Of a DNA stretch of 64,000 bases, positions 38,471 through 49,881 are shown in pieces. A model generated the notes under the pieces. It searched no databases. It was not told the DNA's origin and saw only the letters and a list, made by a program, of their open reading frames with translations. This DNA comes from Stegostoma tigrinum (lineage: Eukaryota), in contig NC_081360.1 in NCBI RefSeq assembly GCF_030684315.1, positions 48,183,424 to 48,247,423 of the forward strand, written 5' to 3'. Every line of letters begins with the position of its first letter. The stretch's first letter is position 1. The position numbers were made by a program, and so were the translations under genes.

Positions 38471-40669
38471 AAAAATTCAGTTGTTTTTCTTTCTTTTCCT
38501 GATGACTGACATCTGAATAACCAGTCTGTAGTTGTCTGTTCTTTCTTTCCCCTTTTTCTTGAATTATGGTGTTAAATTTACTAGGTTATAATCTGTTGAG
38601 ATCATTTGAGACACTAAGGGATTTTTGGAAATCATTAGCGATCCATTCACCATCTCCATGACTACTACTTGTAGAATCCTCGATTGTATGTCACTGGGTT
38701 CTGGATGTTTGTCAACTTTTAGCCACTTAAATTTCTGATATTTTCTCTCTGACGTTAATTACCTTAAATTCCTCACACACATTTATGTCTTTGTTATATT
38801 TATTTTGGTATATAATTTGTGTCTTCTACTGTGAAAAAAATTACAAAATATTTGTTCAATGTTTTTGCCATTTCTCATTCCTCGTTACAATTTCCTGCTC
38901 CTAGCTGTAGGGACAAATTTATCATTTTAACTACTCGCTTTCTTTCTGTAGTCTTGTAAACAACAGTTACAATCTATTTTAATATTCCTCACTAGTTTGC
39001 TGTCATTTTATTTCTCCCTTTTTATTACATTTTGTGTCACTTCACTGCTTTCTATAGCACTCCAAACGTCAGAGTAACTATTTTTCTTGGCAATGTTTCT
39101 TCTTCTAAACTAATACTGTTCTTAACTTTCCCTAATAAAACATTATTAGATCTTTCTTGCTGGGTTGTTTCAATGGATGGTATTGCTGTTGAACGTTTTG
39201 AATAATTTCTTTCACCGTTTTCCAAATTTTAGTGACTGTCAAACCTTTATAGACTAGTTATCCAATTAACTCCAGTCAGCTCTCCTCTTGTAGCTGTGGA
39301 ACTCGCTTTGTTTAAGTTTTCTGTTTGGTTCTGAAGTACGTAGCTTTCAGACTTTACAATAAATTCAATTGTATTAAGGTCACTTTTTTCAGTGAATCTT
39401 TTTTCTGTGAAATTGTTAATTAATTCTGCCTCATTGCACAAAGCTAGTTAGAACAGCAACTGTATCCCTGATTTGATTCTACAAGAAGTTGGGCAGAATT
39501 TTCATACTAATGTTCGTTGGCTATAGAACACCACCTCTAGGATTCTAATGTGAAATAGCAAAATTGGGCAACCTGTTGCCTTCCAGCAGAGGTCCTGCAA
39601 AATGGATCTTCTCCCTCGAGAGCTACCAGTCAATATCAGAGGCTGGCAATTCTCCAGTGACAGCAATTCCACTGGGAACCACCACTAGTACTGCAGGAAG
39701 TCCAAGAAGGAGAATCCTGACTGGAGCTCTGAAATACAGGTGGACAGGTCCCAACAAAGAGGGAAGGCTGCGTTGGTATAAAAGGCATCAGGACATCATC
39801 CTGCAGGACCATTCCTTGCTGCCAGTTTGGCCTTCTGTTGGGGCCAGCAAAGAGAGAGGTACTCATACTAGGCTACAAGCATCCCCTCTGGGCATTTGTA
39901 CCACACTAACTGTAGAAAACAAGTGTGGGCTGAGGTGCTTTGAGGGCTACTGATGGATCTCAATTGGCATTAAGGTAAAGAAGATGTTGTCAATGCTTCC
40001 CATTCTCGAGGAAGCAGTCTGAAAGTTTGTGACCCTGCCCTCTCCGCAATCCATCTGCCACTCAGTCAGCTCCTGGGAGCAGTTCAGTTAATTGCATTGT
40101 CTCAGCAAGCTATTGCGACAATATTTTATAAATTCATCGTCAAACTCTTGCTAATCTATCATTCTTCATGGTGATTGATGTCCTGCATAATTCTTAGTGA
40201 CTTTGTTCCAAGCTCTAATTATTTCTTTGTTTTGACAATGGTATAACTGCTGTTATTCAACTTGTAAAGCAACACTACTTGCACTTTCAAATACTGTATC
40301 ATTTAGCAGTCCCATCGAAGTATACGGTCACTTGATTTTAAATTAACTGTATTTTGATATGGCCAACTTTTAAAAGCTACTTAGATCCAAAGAAAAAAAA
40401 ATCTTGAATTGATGACAAAGTGACTGTAATTGGCAGAACCTCAGTTTTTGTTTTAGGCTTGTTTAATGAGTGAGGCTGGGTCTGAATGAGTTGAAATTTG
40501 AGCAATCTTAAAGGATTATGCAAAGTAAGAATTTAAATTGCTTTTACTGTGACTGTCATTTTGTCGAGCTCTTTAATTTTATTTCCGTAATTGTTCAGCC
40601 AGATGCTGTCAAATCTAGCTACAAAAGCAACAGATACAAGCAGAAAGTCCACTTCGATAAAAAGACTTT

Positions 40670-41650
40670 ACATAGTGCCTTTCTTGATGCCCCAATGTGG
40701 ATGACAACCAATTAAGTGCTTTTGTAGTGTAGTCAGTGTTTAAACATAGGAAATGGTGTAACTCTTTCCAATATACTTGAACAGAAAGTCATTGCTATCG
40801 ATGTCATCATTACATGCACACTAAACAGTAGAACAGGAAATTGGAACTGGAGCTATCAGGTTGTATACCTATTGTTGCTGCAGCTCTTTGGCTGCCCCTT
40901 TCTTCTCTCCCCGCGCTGTCCTCCTCCACTCCCCCCTCATTGTCCCTTCCTCTGCTCCTTTCATCTTTTATACCCCTCCCTTCACTACATGCGTGCTTCC
41001 ACCTTGCCACCCTGTGCATACTTTCTGTATTAGTGGTTTAATAATTTTGAATCCTGTCCCTAAACGGGCAAATTGAGATCAACTCACAAAGCATATTTTT
41101 CATTGTAAAAGTATTGCCTTTCAAGGGCAGCTGCTGTGAGTACCCACCTGCCACCTCACCCCCCCCCGAAGTAATGTTGGTGGCAAGCATTCGCTGTTGC
41201 TGCATCAAAATCCTGCATTTCCCTCCCAAATGGCAATGTGGGGGCTACCTGCAGTACATGGACTGCTGTTCAAGAAGGCAGATCACCACCACCTTCTGAA
41301 GGCGCAGCTAGGCATGAGTAATAAATGCTGGCTCAGCTAACACACACAGATCCTCATGAGTGAATAAAAAAGAGGCCTGCAGAATGTATTTATGTACAAC
41401 AAGCTTCCACAAATATAACAAGCATTAGTTGAGACAGTAAGGAAAATAGGACCCAACCTCCTGTTTCTCCAAAGAACTACCATGACATTTTATTTTTGTG
41501 CCGCATTTGGGCCTCCTTTTAATTTCTCATGCAAAAGCACACCATTTCCTTAGTATGACATTGGTGTATTAACTTAGATTTTTGTGTTCAAGTCTCTGAA
41601 GTGAGGCTTGAACCCACAACCTTTTCTCTAAGGCAAAGAGTCATTGCACC
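40670..41650 (-). mobile_element. Fragmented Deu-domain SINE with inserted LINE-tail fragments
   Basis: tRNA-like head (ggcttgaacccacaacc at ~41605), Deu-like aagcttccacaaa and gtgtagtcagtg..aggaaa pieces. Confidence 0.45.
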
Positions 41651-41776
41651 CCCTGTATTGAGCTGCCTGGATGTGTTCCTTGCTTGTGGCTATGGCCACC
41701 TCTGAAAATATTGTGTGAATGTATTGTAATTTGAGCGATTATTGTCATTGCTTAAACATATTTTACACAATATTAG

Positions 41777-41922
41777 TCCATAGGAAACATATATAAAGGT
41801 CTCGCACAAACAGGAGTGTGGGGATGCTTTGATGAATTCAATCGTATTTCAGTGGAAGTTCTTTCAGTTGTAGCTGTACAAGTCAAGACCATTCAAGATG
41901 CAGTTAGAAACAAGAAAAAACG
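41777..41922 (+). CDS. DNAH11: Dynein heavy chain exon, AAA1 Walker B: [24 protein letters not shown]...NKKK(R)
   Basis: attag|TCC, CG|gtatg, 146 nt; WGCFDEFNR. Confidence 0.95.
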
Positions 41923-42010
41923 GTATGTGTTTTTTTAAAAATAGATATATCTGTCTAACTGATGATTCTTTGATCTCAAATTTGTACTAATGTATGTTTT
42001 GAATCAATAG

Positions 42011-42127
42011 ATTTTATTTTCTAGGAGAAAGTATTGAACTGAAACCTTCTGTAGGTATTTTCATCACCCTAAATCCTGGATATGCAGGGAGAGCAGAACT
42101 TCCTGAAAACTTGAAAGCCCTGTTCAG
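42011..42127 (+). CDS. DNAH11: Dynein heavy chain exon, AAA1 sensor I: [38 protein letters not shown](R)
   Basis: aatag|A, AG|gtgtg, 117 nt, phase 2/2; [18 protein letters not shown]. Confidence 0.93.
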
Positions 42128-42432
42128 GTGTGTACATATGATTGAGATATTAAGTGTAATGTTTCCATTATAACTGTTACCCTCAATTCCTGACACCCTC
42201 TCGTATATCACTGGGCTATAGCACAGTGATTGAGAAGGCCTTGACCTCATGTCTGATAATTCACTTCTCCAATAACTGACCAAAGAATCTTTCATTGCGG
42301 TCACAAACAGAGAGTTGAAGAAGCGTGGAATCATCAAAGGTCATGGAAAGACTAAAGAAGGATGGGAATTGAATGAACTGGGTTATTTTTATAATTCTAA
42401 TGTATATTTTATAATTTTTAAAAATTTGTCAG

Positions 42433-42571
42433 ACCTTGTGCAATGGTGATCCCAGACTTCGAGCTGATCTGTGAAATCATGTTGGTCACAGAGGGATTTA
42501 TAGATGCTAGGCAGCTTGCCAGAAAATTTATAAGTCTCTACACACTTTGCCGTGAGCTACTGTCAAAGCAG
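42433..42571 (+). CDS. DNAH11: Dynein heavy chain exon: [22 protein letters not shown]...ELLSKQ
   Basis: gtcag|A, CAG|gtaac, 139 nt. Confidence 0.95.
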
Positions 42572-42663
42572 GTAACGTAGATTTTTAGGAAAGAAGCATG
42601 ATTTTCAAACAATGTTTTTTTCTCATTGATTTGATTGCTGTTTGAACACTTATCATCCTATAG

Positions 42664-42756
42664 GACCATTATGACTGGGGCCTTAGAGCCATAAAATCTG
42701 TATTGGTAGTTGCAGGATCTCTGAAGAGAGGAGATCGAAACAGCCCTGAGGAGCAG
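42664..42756 (+). CDS. DNAH11: Dynein heavy chain exon: [31 protein letters not shown]
   Basis: ctatag|GAC, CAG|gtaag, 93 nt; [13 protein letters not shown]. Confidence 0.95.
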
Positions 42757-42938
42757 GTAAGGAGAAGTTGTAATTCTAGCTCGTTATAGTGGGCCAGTAT
42801 TGACATCTATGTGAATTTGAGATGGAAATTCTGGTGCAAAGGAGAAGGATTTGGCTCAATATTTTCTACATCAATGTGCTCAGGAAGTCTGGCTGTTTCT
42901 AGTCAGCGGTTGACCTATTCTTGCAAACAGCATGGGAC

Positions 42939-43105
42939 ATGGCTCTGTGGTTAGCACTGCTGTCTCACAGCACCAGGGAGCTGGGTTTGATCCCAGCCTC
43001 AGGCGACTGTGTGGAGTTTGCATGTCCTCCCCGTGTCTGGTTGGGTTTCCTCTGGGTGCTCCAATTTCCTCCCATGTGGATTGGCCATGCTGAATTGCCC
43101 GTGGG
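42939..43105 (+). mobile_element. Truncated HE1-like SINE
   Basis: tggctctgtggttagcactgctgtctcacagcaccaggg head and V-domain. Confidence 0.75.
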
Positions 43106-43181
43106 CTGCTTCCACACCAAAGGGGTTCTTTGTTAAAAATACTATATTTGGTTGCACGCTTGCTCGGTGTGTTTGATTGCA

Positions 43182-43215
43182 AATGTTTCGTCACCTTGTT
43201 GGATAACATCGTCAG
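43182..43215 (-). ncRNA. Hammerhead ribozyme motif of the Poseidon-type PLE
   Basis: CTGACGA-T-GTTATC CAACAA GGTGAC-GAAAC-ATT, 6-bp stem II with G-U pairs; degenerate mirror copy at 45952-45985 (+). Confidence 0.65.
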
Positions 43216-45378
43216 TCTGTCTCTGGTGAAGCACCGGTGTTCTGTCCTGCTTATTATTTATATGCCTCGGTTTGCTGGGGTGGTTGGTATTATTTTTTGG
43301 TGTCTTGTATATCAGGTCCAGTTCAATGTGTTTGTTGACAGAGTTCTGGTTAGAATGCCAGGCCTCTAGGAATTCCCTGACATGTCTCTGTTTGGTTTGT
43401 GTTATTAGGGATGTGTTGTCCCAGTTGAATTCATATCCTCCTTTGTCCATGTTTATTAAGACACCTGGGAATTGGTAATGTCTCTTGGTGGCTAGTTGGT
43501 GTTCATGTGTCCTTATTGTCGGTTTTCTTCCAGTTTGGCCTTTGTAATGTTTCTCACAGTCCTTGCAAGGTATTTTGTATATAACATTAGTTTTGTCAGT
43601 TGTGGGTATGGGGTCCTTTACATTCGTCTGTAGTTGTTGGTTTATGGGCTACCCTGATGCCTAGGAATCAGAGTAATCTTGCGGTCATCTCTATGTCTCT
43701 GATGTACATTAGGGTAACTAGTGTGTCTGGCCGTGTTGTGTCACCTTGTTGTGGTCTGTCGTGGAGGTAATGGCAGATTGTGCTTTCTGGGTATCCATTG
43801 CTTTTGAAAACTCCGTATAAGTGCTCCCGTTCTGCTTTTGCGCAATTTTGCGTTGCTGTGGTGTGTTGTGATTGTTTGAATAATTCCTGATGCATCTCTG
43901 TTTATGGGTGTTGGTGTGGTTGCTGGTATAATTAAGTATCTGGTCCATATGTGTTGCCTGTCTGTGTACACCTAGTCTAGAGTTTCCCCGTTGTTCTTGC
44001 ATTCTGCCGTTACGCCCAGGAAGGGTAGTCAGTTGTTGTTCTCTTCTACCATTGTGAATTTTGTTCCAGTGAGGAGGTTGTTTCTATGTTGGTGGGTTTC
44101 TTCTGGTTCGGTGCGTTTGATAATCATGAAGGTATCATCTACATAGCGGACCCAGCGTCTAGGTTAGATAGTGGGGAGCACTGTCTGTTCTAATCTTTCC
44201 ATTACTGCTACTGCAATCGGTCTGGATATTGGGGATCCCATTGGTGTTCTGTTGATTTGTTTAAATAAGTGGCCATTGAAGATGAAGTAGGTTATGAGGC
44301 ACAGATCCAGTTGATTCAGAGGTCCTTGTTAGTGCTGTTGGTGACATGGGGTGCCTGCCTTTCTGATTCATCCAGCAGTATGACAATTGTTGCTTTGTCT
44401 CGGTTGATGTTTATGGATATAAGAGGTGTTGTTACATTGAAGGATACCATTATCTTGTGCTCATCTCTTCTGGTGTCCTTGATGATGTTGAGGAATTATT
44501 GCTAGGAGTGGATGGAATGGGTAGTATTGTCAAGTAAGTTTTTCAGTTTCCGTTGTGTTGCTTTTGGCTAGTCTATATGTTGGAGTGCCTGGTAATGAGA
44601 CAATGGGTCTGAAGGGGACCCCTTGTTTGTATACCATAGGGAGTCCATAGAAGCAGGGTGTGTTGGATCCCTCTGGCTTTGTTTTTAGGTAGCCTGTCTT
44701 GCTGATGTCCCCTGAGCTCTGCAATTTCTTCAGGGTTGTTGCGATCCAGTTCATGAACTGTGGTGTTGGGTATGTTGCCACTTGTTGGTAGTTGTTGATG
44801 TTTGCTAATGTGTTGGCTTTCTTGATATTATTGAGCTCTATTAAGGATTATTGTGACGCGTCCTTTATCTGCCGATGGGATCCTGATGTTTCTGTCTTTC
44901 TTAAGTCTTTCCAGGGCTTTCTTCTCTTTCGTGTTGAATGTGTTTGACTTAGCTTTTCTGCTCAGTGTTGGGACTGTCATTTGTCTGATGGTCTGTTGTA
45001 TTTCCTCTCTGAGTTCATTGCTGTTCAGTGTTGATTCCAGTGCAGCCAGGAAGTCAGCTTTTTTTGGCATTTCTGTAGTAATAATTCAGTCCAGGTACTA
45101 GGACAGTCTTTTCAGTGTCTGTAAGTGGCCAGCCTGTGATGTTCTTGATCCATGTTTCTGTATTTCTGTTGTGAGTGAGTTTGGAAGTTTGTCTTGTAGG
45201 GATATAGTTTTCTTTGTTCAGGTCCTCTGTTGTTGAATGGTGATGGCGTGTTCCAATGTGGTTGTCCATTCTCGGTCAGTTGTGTTGGAGCACAAAGTGT
45301 TTGGCGTGCCATTGCCTGCTTGTATTTGTGGAGGCGGTTGTGGGCATCGTTGATCATAACCCTTATCATTCTGTAAGC

Positions 45379-45537
45379 TAATAAAATGTGAGGCTGGATG
45401 AACACAGCAGGCCAAGCAGCATCTCAGGAGCACAATAGCTTTTGTGCTCCTGAGATGCTGCTTGGCCTGCTGTGTTCATCCAGCCTCACATTTTATTATC
45501 TTGGAATTCTCCAGCATCTGCAGTTCCCATTATCTCT
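45379..45537. mobile_element. Near-perfect hairpin mini-element (Neptune-type PLE terminus) nested in the Poseidon-type PLE
   Basis: 57-bp perfectly complementary arms centred on AGCT (45437-45440); TSD TCATTCTGTAAGCT at 45366-45379 and 45537-45550. Confidence 0.9.
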
Positions 45538-47730
45538 CATTCTGTAAGCTGTTCTCCTTGCCTGTGGATTGTTGACAGGTGGTTTATATTTTAAACTTTG
45601 TGATAGTACCTGCCTTTTGAGGTGTACGTGCAGGAAGTATAGTTGTTCGCGAGTCGCCAACTAGCCACCAAGAGGCACGACCAATTCTCACTTGTCTCAA
45701 TACACACAGACAAAGAAGGATGTGAATTCAATTGGGACAAAACATCCATAATAGCACAAGCCAAACAGAGACATGCCAGGGAATTCCTGGAGTCCTGGCA
45801 TTCCAATGGAACTCCATCAACAAACATATTGAACTGGACCTGATTTACAAATCACTGAAAAACAAAGCTGGATATAATACCAACCACCCTAGCAAATCGA
45901 AGCATATAAATAACAAGCCAGACAGAACACCAATGCTTCTCCAGAGGTGCACTGACGATGTTACTAGCGCGGTGATGAAATGGCTACAATCAAACACATA
46001 CCAGGTTGATGAGCAAGTCTGCAACCTCTTCAACAACCTGAGCTACAAATCTTCTCAAAAACGTTAGATACCATATTCATGTATTTAAAATGTCAGATTG
46101 TAAGATTAATAATTTCTGATTGCATTAAGATCATAGCCAGAATAAAATCAGACATCAAAACAAATGACTTCAGGTATGTCCTTTCTGTTTTCAAAGTAGA
46201 GAAATTTGACATTCCATAAATATAAATGTAGCTTTTCAGGGCAGATGAGTGTTTAATAGTAATTATAAATTTACTATACTGTTCAAAGTCTGATTGTTTA
46301 GTGAAATGTAAAGTGTAACTTTGAAAGACTATTGCAACGAAGAATGGAAGTATTTGACAGGCCATAGATTACCCCCTCATTTAAATCAACTGCATGGAGG
46401 TTTGGTGGTGGGGGGGGGGTTGGTCTTTATAGCTTCACTTTTTTCTTGCAATGTAAAAATAGAGTATTGAGTTGTTCACACTTCTTAAAACAATACTTGC
46501 AGCTGAACAATTAAAAAATGATTTTCTCTTAAGAGTACTGTTGAATAACACTTATGCTTTCAATTTTTCATGTTTCTATTTCCCTAATTTTCTTAAGTGC
46601 TTTTACAAATAACGTTTCTTGCAGTTTTACCTTTTTTTAAAAGAAACAATTATGATAATACTTGTTCATTTAATGAACATTTCAAGTCTTCTAACTTCTC
46701 AGCCTTTTCCTTTCTACAACCAAGACATTTTAACTAACTTTGGTTGACTGCAGTCGAGCACCTTCTACTCCTTGCAGCTTTGGTGAGACCACATGGTCTT
46801 CAGCTTTTTGATAACTTTTTTGCTGATTCCACCTGGTTTGAAGTTTTACAGACAGGTTTGGTGCTGCTATTGCTTCTACAGCCTTTTTATTATCAGCTGT
46901 CACTTTTTCAGAAGTGGACATGCTCCTAAGCTGCTGAAAATATAAAGATGTTTTTCCCATTGGAATTGTTTCCTTCTTTCTTCTCAGAAGACTAGGGTCT
47001 TTGTAGATATGAAAATTTAGTCAGCCTAGCACTATTGCTGGTGTATTTTATGTGAGAGTGATGCCAACTGCTACTACTACTACCTTATATAGTCCAGTGA
47101 GTTGAATCTTCAGCCAGCCCCACCTTCAAACTGTTGGTTTCTGCCAGAATCATCCATGATGTCTTATGCAGATTCAATGCCACTTAGCGTTCTGGCTGCC
47201 ATTTGCCCAGGCCACTGACACCATATGGCGAATGTCTGAGGGAGAAGATCAGGCATCGTTTGTTTCAATCTTAATATCTTTATATTCGATATGATTCATC
47301 ATAGCTTATTCATTCAGATGTGCCTATTTATCAATAAAAAGTTCTTTCTCTTGAAATTCATCTTCCTATTACCATCAACATAATTGAAGGGAAAATTCAG
47401 GGTCTGCACAAGTGCGCACTAAACTGATGCCACCGATCTTACTAATCTGTCTTTTTCCAAAATAGAAGTAGAATCAGTAATCTTACAAACACTATGACCA
47501 GGCTGCCACCCCAGTTGGTCTGTTTATCTAATGAAATGGAATAGAATTCAACACAGTTATCAATTTTAAACTTAAAGCCAGTGACTTAGTCGACGACAGA
47601 TTGAGCTTAACTAACCATATGCACTATAATTGTTTAATTATGCAATAATTTATCATGTTTGTTAACTTAATATCATTTATTATAATGTTATTGTTCAGTC
47701 ATCATTTAATAGCATTGTTGCTGTTTCCAG

Positions 47731-47925
47731 GTCTTAATGCGTGCTCTTAGAGATTTCAATCTACCAAAAATTGTCAGCAATGATGTTCCTGTTTTTCTGG
47801 GTCTGATTGGTGATCTTTTCCCATCGTTGGAGGTACCACGAAAGAAAGATATTGATTTGGAACAGATGGTACGCCAGTCTATTTCAGAACTGCACCTGCA
47901 GCCAGAAGACAACTTCATATTAAAG
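47731..47925 (+). CDS. DNAH11: Dynein heavy chain exon: [15 protein letters not shown]...LIGDLFP...EDNFILK
   Basis: ttccag|GTC, AAG|gtgga, 195 nt. Confidence 0.95.
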
Positions 47926-48302
47926 GTGGAAATAATAGTTTTATGCTTAGTTTCTCATAAATCTAAATGAGCTGATTAAAGGATGTAATGTTCACTGTTG
48001 TAAAATGTGTATCAAGACCCGCATTTCTAACATCTGTCTAATGTTTATACTAAGCCAAAGCATGAGCATAAGCTAACAATTATTGTACCTACAAAGAATC
48101 TACTATATCTGTTGTGTACATTATCCCCAGGTAACAGGGTAAAACATCTTTTGTATTATCATTGTCTTAACTAAATTTGTTCCCATTAATATTGGTAGAT
48201 GAATTAGATGTAAAAGGTACATAAAGTTTGTGTAAATTTAATGATAAAACATTAACATAATAAAAGCATGCAAATAATCTTAAAGAGATTGTAGATGTTA
48301 TT

Positions 48303-48872
48303 AACCTGTTCAGGCATGCTACGAAGCAGTTCTGGAGCAGGTGAATCTTGAATCCAGGGCTTTTGGCCCAAAACTAGGGACACTGCCAATGTACCACAAA
48401 ACCCCCCTTTTTAAAACTGTTTCTGTCTCTACAGATGCCAGAGGAAGTGGTGGAGATGGATACAATGACAACATTTAAAAGGCATTTTGATGGGTACATG
48501 AGTAGGAAGTGTTTAGAGGGATGTGGGCCAAATGCTGACAAATGGGGCTAGATCAGTTTAGGATATCTCGTTGATGCAGATGAGTTGGACCTAAGATTTC
48601 CATGCTTTATAACTCTATGCTGAGTTTCTCCTGCATGTTTTTACATAGGTATTTTAGGTGACCTGATCAGATATGTTATACAGCATGGCAGATGAGATTT
48701 GAACGCAAACCCTCTGGCTCAGCCGTTAGGACACTACCACTTTGCCACAATATCCTCTGTTCTGTAATTATTTAATAAACCTATTCAGACATGTTTTGAT
48801 ACATCAGACACAAGTGGGACTTGAACCACGGTCTTCTGGCCCAGAGACAGGGAACCTACCGTTGTGCCACAA
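48303..48872 (-). repeat. Three tandem short tRNA-derived units
   Basis: Units at ~48303-48405, ~48660-48756 and ~48778-48872, each tgtgg(c/t)a..ggta...gttcaa.tc...catgtctgaa.aggtt on the - strand. Confidence 0.55.
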
Positions 48873-49104
48873 GCATAGCTATTTCTTAACAGCGCCATCT
48901 TTGAATCTGTTTCTCGCCATGTTATCCAGCTCTTTGTGTTTCTGATCACTATTTGAAGTACTCCCAAATCTGGCAACCAGTTTATTGTGTCTCCCTGGGT
49001 TTCTTCCCAGTTCATTCTCTCTATTTCTTTTTCCTCGAATGCTCTCTATTAATTATGTATTAATTGTGCATAATTACATACAAGTGGGTATTATCTGGGG
49101 ACTC

Positions 49105-49881
49105 TGTTATGCTCCATTAAATATGAACAGACTAAAATTGTGGTGTTTGTGACATGACAATGCTGTCACTTCAAAACAGTTATTTTGTCCTTTTTTTTTG
49201 AAGTGTAAAGGCAGAAGTGTCAAAGAGTCTAGGGAGTACTAGTTTAACAATGGAAATGGAGCGCCCAGCTCTCCCAGTTCAGGTTTTATCTAGAGATAAT
49301 GGGAACTGCAGATGCTGGAGAATCCAAGATAACAAAGTATAAAGATGGATGAACACAGCCGGCCAAGCAGCATCTTAGGAGCACAAAAGCTGACGTTTCG
49401 GGCCCAGACCCTACATCCTTTGTTATCTCAGGTTTTACCTAGTTTTGTTCTGGCTGCAGCAGTCGCTAGTGTTTTGAGTAGCAGAAGTGTTGCAAGCTTC
49501 AGTAAAAGGATTCCTATGACTTCCTGTGAAATCTCTCTCTGGATGTTGTTCCCACCTGCCTGGAAGAATCATGTTTGAATTTACCTTTTTGCCAACGGGT
49601 GGGCTTATGAAATGTTACAGTATTGGAACAGTTAATTAATTAAGTTGCTATATCAGGTTGGTTACACTTTCCAATAGTTAAGTTGCTCAAAATTCTGCTT
49701 TCTTTTGTTTGTGTTTCAACTGTGGTGTTAAATAAATTTTCTTCTGCTTAAGGCCAAGTAGTTTGACGAGTTGCATCACACCTGGAACACCCACTTCACA
49801 TCTACCTTTAAAATAAGAAAATGTTAGGGTCGAGGCTACCTTTTTGAAGTGTTTTGAGGGGGTCTTGCCTGGCCCATAACA
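49105..49881 (+). mobile_element. Probable solo LTR
   Basis: Starts TGTTATG and ends CATAACA (7-bp inverted termini, TG..CA), internal AATAAA near 49731; no clean TSD. Confidence 0.45.
49292..49428 (-). mobile_element. Short PLE-derived terminus with tiny inverted arm
   Basis: Tail plus terminus to the hammerhead stem II; TSD TCAGGTTTTA(T/C)CTAG at 49279-49293 and 49428-49442. Confidence 0.78.

Larger units (their letters stand above)
36655..39480 (-). mobile_element. Old CR1-like remnants with SINE insertions
   Basis: 3' end gtaagaatcaggagc...aatcatggctga, plus patchy RT-region similarity on the - strand. Confidence 0.5.
43149..46062 (-). mobile_element. Near full-length decayed Penelope-like element (Poseidon-type) with inverted + strand arm at ~45655-46062
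   Basis: Minus strand: FYGLP..K.GVPFRPIVS (44530-44781), TPMGSPIS, WVRYVDDTF (~44128-44155), NVIYKIPCKDCEKHYKGQTGRK (GIY-YIG, ~43520-43590), REFLEAWHS; last ~350 nt repeated in inverted orientation. Confidence 0.88.

Noticed and set aside
39564-39953. 129-aa ORF as an extra exon or nested gene
   Set aside because: No dynein or other recognisable motif; the flanking dynein exons already join in frame without it.
45379-45537. DNA-transposon MITE or conserved miRNA gene
   Set aside because: Arms are PLE termini, with an asymmetric tail and a long variable-length TSD across the family, which fits retrotransposition. There is no expression evidence for a miRNA.
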